Of a DNA stretch of 64,000 nt, positions 37,701 through 51,300 are shown piece by piece (within the stretch, counting starts at the first letter, position 1; the number at the start of each line of letters is the position of its first letter). The translations under genes and the position numbers were made by a program. The notes under the pieces are model-generated. The model was not told where the DNA came from. It searched no databases and saw only the letters and a program-made list of their open reading frames with translations. The stretch is from NCBI GenBank assembly GCA_964276515.1, contig OZ193909.1, positions 18,104,001 to 18,168,000 of the forward strand, read 5' to 3'. The stretch comes from Gordius albopunctatus. Its lineage: Eukaryota.

Positions 37701-39923
37701 TTTTTGTTCTAATCTAAAACTTAGGTGTATTAACTGATATAATTTAATCAAATTAATGTAAACCGCTTATTGAAAATTGAATATTCTCATGTAATTTATT
37801 AAACTAAATTTAATTTAATGGTAATATTCTAATTTGTTAGGTGTATTAACTTAATTTAATAAAATAGAAGTAAATAGTTGAAAGTGGAATATTCTCATGT
37901 AATTTTTAAAGTAATTTAATTTTAGTAATATTGAAATTTTTTAGGTGTATTAACTTCAGAAATAAATTGATGATTTATTATTTTAACATGATAATTATGA
38001 TGTTTTTTTTATAAATATGTCAAAAAATAAAATAAAATTTTATGAAATTTTTGATGGGGCCGGGCGGAGTTCTTAAAAAAAATTTGAACAGGTTTTGGCG
38101 GGCCTGACCTTTTTCTAAACGGGTACGAACGGGCCTAAAAAATTTACGGACGGGCCGGAAGTGTTGGGAAAAACGGCCCGTTGCAGATCTCTACTGCAGA
38201 AAGACATGGGAGATAGTTAAATTCCAAATGGTGGATTCAATGGTACAGATTTTTTTACCATATGATACACATGAAATGAGCAGTCTCTGTGGTCTATGAT
38301 TATAGTTGGGGGGGGGGAGCAAAGATAATAACGATTTAGGGTGCAAAATGATGTTATCATGTTGTAGAACTTTTATTCTGAAGTTCTTTTGTCCCCAAAC
38401 TTATGAAACCACGGTGCATTGTTAAAGGTTTTTGCAAATTATTTGTTAAAGCTCATTAAATTACTAATCCAATACTTTTAATGCTATTTAGATTTATAAA
38501 AACAACGTATAACAAGTTCCTTTCTAGGCTAGGCAAAAAATTAAATTTATCTAATCTTTCTTTGTAAATTTACGTTCATTTTTTGGTTTTATAAGAGGGA
38601 AAGAGTTTTACCCTACATCTAGTACCCTGTTGACCAATGTGCCCCCCGATTCCAAAGAAAGCATCGAACGAATGGCTGAAGATGTTAAAAATCAGTAAGT
38701 TTTTAATTTAATTTTTATTAAATGTGGAATTTTATTGTAGATGATGACATTATTTCATTGAATTTTAACATAATTTTATCATATAATTTCTTGAGATTGT
38801 AGACGTTAATATGGTATCTCAGAGCTTTAACCGATTTACATCGAGTAGGGGGCTAGTGTTGTAAAAACGGCTGAGTTTTGATTGGACGATACATAAGCAG
38901 ACCAATTGGTCTGTTTTTCTTGGTGGACCTCTAGACTTAGTCGAAATTTAAAAAAGAGACCTACGAAGCTTCAAAACTTGTCTCAAAAGATTTTTTAAGA
39001 AATTATGTTATAGAACATGCATTTATTGTTTAGGCGTGAAATTTGCTTATTTGAAATCCAGCGATATATCGTATGTGCTCAGTGTTAATAGAATATTGTT
39101 GATATGGCATAAAGGGGTTATGAAGAAGTTTAAAAATATCATTTTTGACTTGTAATATACTTTTTGCTGAAAACTTTCTCAAATGTGCATGACTTTTATA
39201 TTTTAAAATGTCTGTCTTGAGTATACTTTTGGATATTAGTTACATGCTAGTTTATCTCTCCTCCCTCGCTTCCTTCGGAAATCGAAATTTAGGAATCGCT
39301 CCCATAAATGCTATAGTCCTTTTCCACATCATATTATTTGAGCAACTTAAATTTTGGTGTAATCATACAACTCCAGTGTGAGTATAATGTAAGATTTGTA
39401 AAAAAAATTAGTGGGTTTATATTATTATTAATTGCTCAAATTTGTTTTAACATGCCCATAAAATGCTTCCTGTAACTTTATGCTTTCTGAAAACTTTCCC
39501 TGAAATCTAGATAAACCACACAACGACTTTTGTCATTTTGTGCTGCTGCTACAGTATAAAAGCTTTTGTCCACTCTTGCCCCATTAAAGATGTGGATGAT
39601 GATTTAGATCTTTGTTACCTTTTTTTCTTTAAATATACACCCACATATATATATGTGACTTCGTTTTTGTACTAAAATTGTTTTCATTAACAAAAATTAT
39701 TTTTTTAACAAAAATTATTTTGATAGTAATGATACATTTTTTTGAATTTTATTGTAGAGTGTCCAGAAGACAGCGCTATAGCCGTAGGCGCACATTTGAT
39801 CCAGATGCTGACATTGATTATATCAACGATAAGAATATGAGATTTAACAAAAAACTCGACAAATTTTACGGGCAATACACGGAAGAAATCAAGCAAAACT
39901 TGGAACGTGGAACGGCCTTATAG
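34782..39923 (+). CDS. SYF2: Pre-mRNA-splicing factor SYF2 (NTC component), 219 aa, 6 exons
   Basis: Exons 34782-34838, 34882-35007, 35131-35251, 36590-36680, 38596-38694, 39758-39923 (660 nt, in phase). Motifs [83 protein letters not shown]. Confidence 0.95.
37177..38193. mobile_element. hAT-like MITE nested inside the P-like element
   Basis: TIR TAGAGAACTGCA...TGCAGATCTCTA, perfect 8-bp TSD CTGCAGAA (37169-37176 / 38194-38201), subterminal CGGGCC/GGCCCG arrays. Confidence 0.88.
37721..37955. repeat. Degenerate tandem repeat (~105-115 bp unit, two copies plus a partial)
   Basis: TTAGGTGTATTAACT at 37721, 37837 and 37941; the first two are followed by GAATATTCTCATGTAATTT. Confidence 0.75.
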
Positions 39924-40719
39924 AAATTACTTGTATTATATTTTGAAGAATATATTTCCTGTGTATACTTTTTAAATTATTTATTATTGGGAACCAATAA
40001 AAATGTCATTAATGATTTTATTGAAACTATTTTTTGAAACTGAAGCGATTAAATACTTAATTACTAAAATTGTTTTTTATTGCTTATTTGTTAATTAACC
40101 CAATAACAAAAAACAGGTTTTTAAGGTCTTTTTCCAATTAAAATTTTCATTTTTAGTATTTTCAATTTTGGCCCTTAAAGCCACCCCACCTTTAATAAAT
40201 TAAAGGTAGCCAAAAATTGTACGTTTTTAGAATGTTTTGTCCTTGATTAATATGTTAAATTTATGTAAACTTACATTTTAATTGGACTAATTCTAAGTTT
40301 TTAATAAATTTTGATAAGCTTTTGAAGCCATCATTTCAAATTTTTAGCTGGTGAAGTCTGTATTTTTCATTTAAACCAAATCTAAACAGTGCTATTCCTG
40401 AATGAGCGTTTTCTGAAAACTTTAATGCTGCAGCTCTAAAATGCCCCATATGCGGGGAGAAGTCAGGAGCTAACTTTAATAAACATAACTTTTTTTCTGG
40501 GGGCGGGAGGACATTAGGAAATGACACTGGAGACTTAAAAAATTTAAAACCATAGTTTGATTAAGTTTTTAATATATTTTATGTTAAAAGGGCAGTTGTG
40601 CCTACTTAATTACCCTCATAGTCGTTTTAATATCTTCATAATACTATTTTAGTTTAAAATACTAAAATTATAATATGATATAAAAGGAGCGTGATATGTC
40701 TTCCTCTTTTACAAGAGGC

Positions 40720-41340
40720 CAGGAATCCAAAAAAATTGAAATTAAATTTTGCAATTAAGATGGCTATTGATTGTTTTAATAAAAATGCGGAGGAATATTT
40801 AGAAGGAGCGGATCGCCTGCCTATTTTTTTGAATAAAGCTAACGCCATGTTTCCATAAGATACCCGAACAGGAGGAAACTACTGAGATACGAATACTATG
40901 ATGCTCCAAGAGGGCTTTGTATTTTTTGAGAGTCCGATCTTCGGCGAGTGCCATGGGGTCGTAATTAATATTAAAGGTGTCTTTTTAAAGGATACCATTT
41001 TTCCATGGGACTAGTGAGGAAATCAGGACGCGTCGACCTTTAAAGAAAGGATCTGAAGGTTCTAGTGTTGATGGAATTTGGTAATGTCATTGATTTTTGA
41101 GTGTCGCAAATGTCTGATTTTATTTAACTTTCAGTGTAATGGGTGGCGTGCTTCTCATCTACTGGCAGGTTGCAATTTTTAGAGGCATATGCTTTGGTGT
41201 ATTTGACTCCGAGGCGTTGTACTATATTGTAGGATAGCTCGCAATCCTCTAACATGATATTGGAAAACTTGCTCGGATAGGCCTCAAGCCATTCATGTCC
41301 AGATTTATCAAATACTAAAGATCTAGGCTTGTAATGTTTG
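40720..41340 (-). mobile_element. Decayed 3' fragment of a CRE-like (restriction-like endonuclease) non-LTR retrotransposon
   Basis: Minus-strand translation across frameshifts: SGHEWLEAYPS..LEDCELSYNIVQRLGV..NCNLPVD..H, QIPSTLEP, GRRVLISSLVPWKNG, AEDRTLKKYKAL, KKIGRR..AFLLKQSIAILIAKFN. This is colinear with the CRE C-terminal consensus as I recall it (SGAWL..RLG, CCHC, IPSVLEP, GKRPDGLTLVPW, K..KY, FLAQRISIAIQRGN). Confidence 0.7.
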
Positions 41341-41520
41341 GTAAACTAACATTTAATGTGGACTTGATTTCTCTAATAAGCCTCTACGCGTTTAGATAAT
41401 TATTTATTAGACCTGCTCATTTCATAATACAGTTACGACACTATTGATTAGACATTTTAAACTCAAGGCTTAGCAACAAAAAGCACGTAAATTACACTAG
41501 TAAACATATAATGGACTTAT

Positions 41521-41756
41521 AAAATCACCCGGCAAACTGTTTGCAGATTCTGGTAGAGTTTTTACGGTGAACACCAACATGTTTATTAATTAAAAATTTA
41601 ACCGCCAGCGAAAAATGTCTAAATCGCTGTTTTTTCAGCAGCTTTGACACAAATCTTTCAAAAAATTGCATATTATAGAGGGAAAAATAAAAATATATTC
41701 GTGTTCACCGTGAAAAACTCTACCAATATCTGCAAACAATATACTGGGCGATTTTT
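41521..41756. repeat. Imperfect inverted repeat (foldback; ~55-bp arms, ~125-bp spacer)
   Basis: AAAATCACCCGG..TGTTTGCAGAT.CTGGTAGAGTTTTT-ACGGTGAACAC (41521-41574) pairs with GTGTTCACCGTGAAAAACTCTACCAATATCTGCAAACA..CTGGGCGATTTT (41701-41756). Confidence 0.75.
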
Positions 41757-41926
41757 CTTGTTGAACCGTGTAAGTTAATATTATGGACCCTTCCTCAAAG
41801 TTAACAACTACCAAGAGATTAAAAGATTTTTATTGTAAAATCATTTCATGATTTAGGTCGGTTAGTATAATTTGCTTTAAAAACAAACACGAGGTGAGTA
41901 TTAAAAAGTAACGTGCATGTGGTAGG

Positions 41927-42041
41927 TAATGTTGTAAAAACGGGGCTAGATTTCATTTGGTCAATCTTTGGGGAAAACAGACCAAAAAACCTTTAACCAA
42001 AGGTCGATCAAATAAAAACTAGCCCCGTTTTCACAACACTA
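41927..42041. mobile_element. MITE family B copy
   Basis: TAATGTTGTAAAAACGGGGCTAG...CTAGCCCCGTTTTCACAACACTA inverted termini. Confidence 0.75.
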
Positions 42042-42322
42042 GTATAAAATAATCTTTGAGAGTCGTCAATATAATACATCATTATAAACAACGACGACCA
42101 AAAGAGGTGCTTTGTAAATTTTGAATTTACACGTAAATACGGGTGTGAGGTTTAGAGATTCTACAGCAGGGGCGTTGTAAATAAGGATCAAGTGTGTATG
42201 CGTAATGCTGGTAAAAATGTAGTAAGACAGCAGGATGAATCCAAGGGTTAAAAAGTTCAAGTTAATTTTTCCCAAACACAATCATCTCGACGCATGATTA
42301 CGAGCCATTTGATGGAGACCAT

Positions 42323-45300
42323 CTAAAATTTCGTTGTTTCGTCAGCGACCTGGTATATATTTGGGGGGGGAACGAAGTTTAAATTTATGTATAATTATTG
42401 TATTGTAAAAGCGGTTGGATTTTGTTTAATGTACGTTTGATTCAACATTTTTAAATTTCTACAAAGCCTAGAGTTCGACTAAGAAGAACAGACCAAGAAC
42501 CTTGGTTTGCTTATGCTTAGACGACTTAAAGGTAGACTAAGCCATACCCAGCAGTTTTTATAACACTAGTATGTATTAATATTAAAACTAACGCCGGATT
42601 TTGAATTTTCCTTAAAAAAATTAGCTGTACCAAAATAGAAAAAAAATTACCTCAATTTTTGTCTGAGCTTGTTTGGTCTGGAGGAATTCTGTCAAGCGGG
42701 AAACGTAATAAAAATACTGATCTTTATCGTAGTATACCACATCGTCTAGATACAGGGGAAAAAACAAAGTAAAAACCTTTCGTCAATTTGCTTTGGTATT
42801 AATTCAAACGCTTTTAAACTATCAAAAAATACAAAAATTTATATATTTTGCTAGGATTTCTTGAACCGTCATAAATATATGCAAAGGAAATAGGATAAAT
42901 TAAATACCGGTAAAGAACCAACCGTCCGCCGCCAAAACTTTAGCGGTTTCTGCTTCGCCATTGAGATAACCGATGAAAACTTGTGGACCTTTAATACACA
43001 TTTGCCCTTTGCGATTGGGTCCGAGAAGTCCTTTAGTCTCGGCGTCTATAACCTGTGCATAATCACATTAAGAATATGGATTTTATAAATCCGTAGAAAT
43101 CAACTCAAATAGTTGAAATTTAAATGTCGATAATTCTTAAAATCTGTAAACAATGCGCGTCTATTTAATACACGTAAAACCCAAAATTAGTTAAAGTATC
43201 ATCATCGTGTAGTAGTGTAATAAGTTTTTGAGGTCTGTGAAAAAAAATTAAAAATTAACTTAGGGCCGGGCCTCCGCAAATTAAGACTTAGTAGTAAAAC
43301 TTTGGTGAGATAAACCCATAGACTGGCGATACAATACGTTTGGAAAGATAATCCTTAAATGTTCTCATCATTCTTTTGATTTCTCTGCAATTTATGGGCT
43401 CTCTTTTGTCCATCATGTCCCGTCCAACTTGTAATTTTTCAATAATTGCCGTGGAAACTTCTTATACGGGTTTTTAAGGGCTGTGGACTTGAGCATATTT
43501 CTTTCGAAAATAGAGTGCCCGCCTGAGTAACTCTATTATTAATGAATTTCTTTGGGCAACCTGTCTAGGTTGTTGCCATATATCAGATAATTGCGAAACT
43601 AGCTAAATGATTCCCTGCAAATTTTCAATGATGTTCTCATCATTAATTCTTTCATTACTTTCTCATTTTCCACTTCAAAAGCTCTCGCATATTCAAAAAA
43701 CCTCACAAAAAAAGGCCGCATAACCTTTTGAATAAATATTCATGCAAAAAATGAGGTTTTGAGCAGTCTATTTCATAAATTAGCGTATGCTTTTTATGGT
43801 CTTACCGTGATTTAGTGGTGTATGTAATTTTAAGGCAAAATCCATGCATACCTTGCACAGGGTGTTTGGTAGGATTACGCCGAAGGAAGGGAATTTTGTG
43901 TACCTCGGTGGCGTGACGTGGCTCAGCGGACTGAATTCGGCCATAGAAAAGGCTGTGGGTAATAGAGTAAACATTTACCGCCATTATTTTTATATATACT
44001 ACATAGTTTTGGCTTTATTTATAAATTTGTGGGAGGTTGTGGGGGTCATTAAAATCATTTCATCCATTAAGGCATTGTTATCAGCCCTTCACTCACTCTC
44101 ATCTTTGTGTGTGTAATTTCGTCTCCACTAATTTTTATATCGCAGTAGCGTAGTAGTCTTGTAAAAACGGCTCTGTTTGGCCGACCTTTGGTTGTTCATC
44201 CAAGACTAACGATCGACGCTCTGGTTTCTTTTTCAAATTTCGACCAAGCCTAGAGGTCAACCAAGAAAAACCCAGCAGCCGTTTTTACAACACTAGACCC
44301 TAGCCTGGTGGCCCCAAATATAGAATAACATTTCCCTCTAACCATTTTATCAATCAAAAACTTCCATTAGGTAAGGACAACCTAATCAGCATGGGCGTCA
44401 AAAACATGGCTAAAGTATTGCAAAAATGATCATTTTGCCCCTTCCGCTGGCTACGAGACCGACCTACCTAGTCGTATGTCCCTCAGGGTACGATACTTGG
44501 CTTTCAATTCTTTGACGAGATCGGTAGAGGGCTGTTCGGTGCCGAAAATGAGTTCTTTAACTAACGTGAAATCACATTTGGCCATGGCGGGGTTGGTGTT
44601 GATAAAGGTGGCAGTATCCGGTTTCAGGTATATGTGAGAAATCTGATCGATCCATTGAAAAATGAATGTTAATTGCTATGCAATTTCTGGTTTTGTAAAA
44701 CTTTTCAAAAACTTTCGTCGAGAAAATCGCATAACAAACTCACTTATTTTAGCGGAATACAAACTTATCAAGAAGTTAATATTAAAAATTATCAATTTGG
44801 TGATAATAATTTATTGAATATCTATTTTACAAAGTCCCTTTAGTTTGATATCGCTTTGCTGCTAAACAGCGATCGGACAATTTTTACGGCAATATAAATC
44901 GTCATTTCAAATTTTCGATATTTTAATTATATAAAAACTTGAGCTTGAATTAAAAAAAACCATTGTTGCTCCCGAATAATATTTCGAAATTTTCAGCGAC
45001 ATTATTGCCCAAATAACTTGTAGGGCACCAAAATCCACTCTGATCTTCTAATTATATAAACTTTATCTACGTACGCGAGCTTAAAGAGTATCATTCTAAG
45101 TTAGTAACTCTCCTCTCAGAACTATTTAGTAAAATAGAAAAAAGGAAGTATTTTCATCGTGATAAGGAAGAACCTTTTCTTTTTCGATAGTTTCTACGAA
45201 TGATTTAGCTTCCACGGTCTCCAGCATGTAAAGGGTGGCGCCTTGAATGAGCGAATAGAAGGTGGCTATGACCATCCCGTATGCCGAGCACATGGGGATC

Positions 45301-48300
45301 ACGTTCAGGATTTTGTCGTTGGAATGTAGATCGTACATGACTCTGCAATTGCGTGCGTATGCAAAATTTACCAATTCTCAATTTATAAAAAGTAGTCTCC
45401 TTTGCTAAAATTAAAATTCGTTCAAAAACTGAGGCTATTTTGAAAGTTATTATAATTTTATGGATATATTTTTTTGGACTGCTCCTTCAAGCCATTTTTT
45501 ATCTACCTGCACTTGCACCAACTTTGCTTTAGCCCATACTTTTTCCCAAGTCCATATCAATTTTATGTTTCCAAGTCAGCTTAGGCCTCCCTATTTTTCG
45601 CTTTTACCTTCAAACTAGTGTTGTGAAAAGGGCTGGCTTTTATTTGGTCGACCTTTGCTCTTAGTCGCATAAATAGACCAAAGGTTTTTTGGTCAAACCT
45701 TTGTGTGTATGTTTAGTCGACTAAAATCAAAAGCCGATCAAACAAATCCCAGCAGATTTTACAACACGATTTCAAACTATAAAATTATAACCACTTAATA
45801 ACGCATCTGCTAGATATTAAAGTTGAAATATCATTAGTACAATGTATGAAAATTAAAATTTAAAAGAACTAATGTTGGGGCATAACTAGACAGGCAAGTG
45901 GTTAGAAAACCATTTATAACATCCCTGAATATGGTGAAAGACGCCATTGAAAAATGTCACTTAGTCACGACTTTTTAAAAGAAATAACTGAGATAGAACC
46001 GGAGAACGAACGAATTACCAAACAAAATAAATCTGAAATATAACGACCATGGTTGATATTTTAAAGTCTTCCCCAAGAAATTTGGAAAAACTGAAAATTG
46101 CAAAAAAAAACTTAAAACAATTTTTTGTAATGCTGACCAGAGGAATACAATAAAAGCGGTCGTTTTTGGCTTGCAAACTCGGAGAAGGCTGGGAGAAGTA
46201 CCTGATTTGGTGTAGATTGGAGAGGATGTTGAAATGCGACAACATGACCCCTTTGGGATGGCCGTCCCCAGCGCCACTGGTAAAAAAGATGGCCGCTATA
46301 TCGGTTTTGGGTTCGACGGAGAGCTTCGTTTTAGCTATAATATTGCGATCCGCTTCCAGGATAAACTTTTCGAAGGACATGCAATGGCTCGATTCCCCGT
46401 GCAGGATAAATAATTGCTAAGACATTTAATAAAATACCTGTTTTTTAATAAACCAAGAATTTTAGAGTAAAATTTAGAGGTAATGGAATAATTAATAAAT
46501 TATAAAATAAGATCTAAATTGTATTTGATTTGACGAACTTCAAATGGTCAAACCTTTGCTCTGCTGTTTATGTTGAACCGACAAAACCAAAGGTCGACCA
46601 AATGAGACTCAACCGTTTTTGCAACACTACTTCATCGTGATATTCTGCTTTTGATTTGCCTCAATATTTTCCATGTGAATTATTTTTAAAAAACCAATTC
46701 CTTCAATTAATTTAAAAATCTATTCGATAAATTGGGCGAAAATCTGCATTTCGAAACCGTAGATATATATGATGAAGGATTATTAACACTAGCGTTGCGC
46801 AAACACAAATTCAGCAGGCCTAGCACAATTTTCAAAAATTAAATGCTGGTCAACTTTCAAGATGGTTGGCCATTTCGTTGGGGCATGGTAGATGAAAGGG
46901 CCACACGCTATGCAACTTGATTAAGTTTCTCTGACTCAGATTGAAGGGCGATTTATCGTAAATATTCAAAAATAATTTTAGCCAACTTCGCAAATGCACA
47001 AAATTTTAGGGTTATAAATTAGTTGAAAACACGTGAAACCCTTATATAAATACCACGATACATACGCTAAATTTTATCTCGTCATGACTGATTAAATATA
47101 TATTGAGAGAATTAATTTGAAAATAACACAGCTCTATAGATATTGACATTGTGATTACATCCTGCAATCAAACCAATATATAGAGGTGTAACAAAAATAC
47201 AAATTAATGGACCTATAGATGAAACTTTAATCTACATGAATATATATATTACTATTTTCCCCTAAATATTAAAAATGCCTTGGCAATATAGCCTCAAAAA
47301 GGCTTAAAAAGGGCATTTTTGGCACCTTCAACCTCGTATATCTAAAAAACTGGTAATCGTAGAAAAAACTAAAAACAGATTATTTTTCAGCGCAAAATTC
47401 TCTATCAGAATTATTGTTGCGATTGCAGGATGCTTTTTTTGTAGACGTGCGTAATTACAGAGCTAGACTTCGATAAACGATTGATATTTTAACGAAATTG
47501 CATCAATATTCTATAAATCTATATTGATTTTACTTCAATGCTGGTAACGTTGTTGGACATGATCTTGTATTTGTCATAGCATTTGGCGGGAATGAATATG
47601 AATTTGGGGGCTGCTTTAGCTAGTTGCTCCTGAATTTCGTCTATAATAAACATTTTTATAGATAGACATTATTTTACCTTTTGTCACATTTTGTAAAGTG
47701 GTAAAAAACATTTGTTTAGCGATGTTTTGACTTAATAACAAGACTATGTGAGCAGTAGGCGAAGGTATAAGCTAAAATTAAGCACGTTTCGGGTAATATA
47801 AGCATGGGCCTGGGCAATATCGATTTAGGGGGGAGGGGCTAAATGTCATAATTATATTAAAATTTTAGGAATTTATGGATAGAAGGGGACAGCCGCCCCT
47901 CCCTGCCACCCACCACCTGGCAAAACCCTTGATTATAAAGATTATTAAAATTTGTCATTTAGTTGAAATAAATTACGGTTTTTGATTTTTATAGGGATGA
48001 GGGAATTAGTGTCTTTAAAAGGAGAAGTTGGTATGCGAAACCAAAGTTGGTAAACGATTTTAATGAGCCTATAAAAATTCTATTTTTGCTTGTCTGTGCC
48101 TTTAAGCCCAAAAACGTTTTTTCTTATACTCACTAAAATTATAGTCAAAATAAAATAAAAAAATAACATTGGATTGACCCTCCGAAAATTCCTTTCACCA
48201 TTTTAAGTTCTACCGCCAGAAGTTAAATTATCACGTCGGGTTCTGGTTGCGATTACTATCGCGTTTAAAATCCAAAACTAATCAATTAATGAAAGCTTTC

Positions 48301-51300
48301 GCAAAGGAGTTATCGCTAGAGATGAGGACTCTTACTTTGAGTGATAGCCCAAATCCACAAGTTATCTCCCAAAAACAATCACAAACACGCTCTAAATAAC
48401 CATAGATGATATTATGGATTAATATAAGGGTTCCCTTTAATCAAAAAATGTCGTGTGCTGTCCGGCATGCCCAACTTGGCTTTAAGATTGCTATGCAATT
48501 TAAAGCTTTAAGGTTGCCCCTCCCGTCCTACGTCCAATTTAGTGCCGTAAAAACAGCTGTTTTATTTGGTCCACTTTTGGTTGGGCTAAGGGCTCGTTTT
48601 GGTATCGGATTTTGATGCGCAACAAAAATCAATCGTCGTAGGCGCCTTAACATAGTCCTGTCTTAACCTCAAATTCACGGCAAATTTACATTTCAAAAGC
48701 ATATCAATTAATAGCGATTTTGTAAGACGTACGATTTTTCCTAGGCTAAATGTTATATGTTTATTTTTTATTTTTTAGGTATCATCAGCATGGTTTAGAT
48801 TTAATATCAAGAGTGGAAATACAAAAAAGAAACGTCTACCAAAAAACGAAATATTAATATTTACAACCGAGTTCGACCCAATTGAATCGGGATATTTATA
48901 AAAAAACAAATTCGCGCAATTTGAAACTGAATCCGATACAGATAAGTCCTAAGACTAAAGTTCGCATCTGGTCTATTTTTCGAATTTAGACAAAGCTTAG
49001 GTGTCGATTACGGAATAAAAGACCAAAAACCTTTGGTCAGTTCATGTTGACTCGACCAAAACCAAAGGGCGATAAAACGAAACTCAGTGGTTTTTAGGAC
49101 ACTAGTGCAATTTGTAATACCGTCGGATAGGTTAGGGTTGACAAATATAACGGTTCCCCCGGCCCCAACGATGCCTACGAAGAGCGAGACGATTTCTGGG
49201 CAGTTGTCAAGCACGAGGGCGACGCCTTCGCCTTGTTTCAAGCCGAAAGTTAATATGGCGGAACATACGTTGCGGGAGAGGGTGAGAACATTAGGGAACG
49301 AAAACGTTCTTTCTCGCGTCACATCGACCTGTTGTGGTACGTGAATTAATAAATTATATTAAGGGTGTCGAGGAAAATTAACCCCAAACAATTTTTTATA
49401 TTAAGCACAAAATCAGCTTGGAATTTGTAAAATCCATGATAAAATTTCAATCCGTGCCTATGGGCCTGCTCATCAATCTAATATATTTTAGAATGATGGA
49501 ATATAAAGCTCTATTGGCTGTAAAATATTTTTATATGATTCATAAAAAAAAATTCTAACAGTGCTTCCTCCCCCCTTAACAATTACGCAGAGAAAGGAAC
49601 AAAATGAGGATTTTTTGAAAATTTCCAATAATTTAGTAAGATTAACAAAAACTTAAATAAAGGAGGGGGGGCAGCTGACCTCTGCACCATACCAAACCTA
49701 GTGAGCCCGTTTTAACGCACCGATGCTTAGTGATCAATAAATAACACCCACTGATCGATGCTTTCAATTAACGACAATTTATTAAAAATTTAAAAACAAG
49801 ACCTCGCTAGGCGCTCGCATTTTAGAATGTCATCCTAATTAACAAAGACCAATGAAATGCCGACTCAATCCAATGCATATGAAAAGAATTGTTTCACAAT
49901 GTCTTTCTTTGTATAATTTTTAATTTCGTTTTAAAAGTATAACCTTTCAATTTCATATATTTTTGCAAAGCGTAAGAAATTTTACTGGGCCATATATATT
50001 ATATACTTAGATATGAAATAAGAGGCCTGACATCAAAAGACATGGGCATAGCTAGGGGAAGCAAAGAGGGGCGGCTGCCCCCCCTCATCTAAATCAATTT
50101 TTTTTCCAAAATTTAATATAATTATAGCTAAAATGTTTAAAAATAACCATTTTTTCCCTCCCTAAATCGTTATTGTCCCCGATAATTCCAATGCTGGCTA
50201 TCCCCATAACAAAAGATCGGGAAAATGGGAAGATAGCCGAAAAGGTATTTTTATAAAACCCGGCAACCGGCCGGCCCGATTAAACTTTCCGAAATCTAAG
50301 TTTTATAATGCCAATCATTATTATATGGGGAAAAATTTTGCAAAATATTATCCAAGTTTAAAAATAATGTAACGCGTAACCTTCATGAAAAATAAAAAAT
50401 TTCAAGTATTTTCCCTTAAAACACACGTACAAATTTTAAAATTAATTTTGGTCGAGTTGGGTTCAGGCTGTACATCATTAAGAAGACTTTAAAACACTTA
50501 TATTAACCTAGAAACATGACATGATACACATAATATTATTTTTGATTTAATTTTTGAAAAAATGCGTTGTAAAATATGAGCATATCTTTGGGAAAATTGC
50601 TGTGAAAAAAAACTTGTTTGAAAATTTATTTCCCGTTAAAACAGCAGACCGCCCCAGGGGGTAGATAACTAAGCGATTATTATAATGTTTCTCATTCTAT
50701 TTAATATTAATACTTTTATTATTTATCATATTTCTCGCAAATTTTAGGCTAGAACCCATCACGGTTTGATGACTAAATTGCCTGCCAAGGCCAGCCGAAA
50801 ACCCTTTAATCGCCCAATTTACTAATGCTGTCCCAACAGCCGGACGCAAGATGACGATTTTACATTTCAAGAATTACTTTTGTCTTATTTTCCAAAATTT
50901 TTATCTAATTATAGAATTTTTATAATTAGAAAGGTGACAAAAAAGTAATCTATATAAAAATCTCATTATGTTGCCCGCCCAGGCCTATTTAAAATCTCAG
51001 TTTAGAACGGTAGCCTGCCCGACCTCTTAGCCGAGTGGGCCCAGCAGCGAGCCAGAATTTTTGGTTGATTTATTTTTACTTTTAATTACAAGTAAAATGG
51101 GGTAAAAAAATCTCAGCCATTCCACGATATTAATTCTAACATAAAAATAAAAACAATATACACCTAAAGACTTTATGTATAAAAAAATTAAATTATAGCC
51201 GAGAAAATTGCTCCAAAAGCTATATATTATAGACCTGCAACGGGCCTATTTTGCTTGGTCGGCCCGCCCGCTTCGAAAATTTCTAGGTCCGGGCCCGGCC

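Larger units (their letters stand above)
36767..38298. mobile_element. Non-autonomous DNA transposon, probably P superfamily, in SYF2 intron 4
   Basis: Ends CATAGACtagatagcCTGCTCAT ... ATGAGCAGtctctgtgGTCTATG; perfect 8-bp TSD ATTATAGT (36759-36766 / 38299-38306). CANRG termini with an 8-bp TSD fit the P superfamily. Confidence 0.8.

Noticed and set aside
40380..40520. Plus-strand CPICGEK..H zinc-knuckle-like string
   Set aside because: Short, flanked by stops, and no other domain context.
47154..47455. Weak inverted pair CATCCTGCAATC / GATTGCAGGATG
   Set aside because: Probably an old DNA-transposon remnant; ends and TSD cannot be defined.
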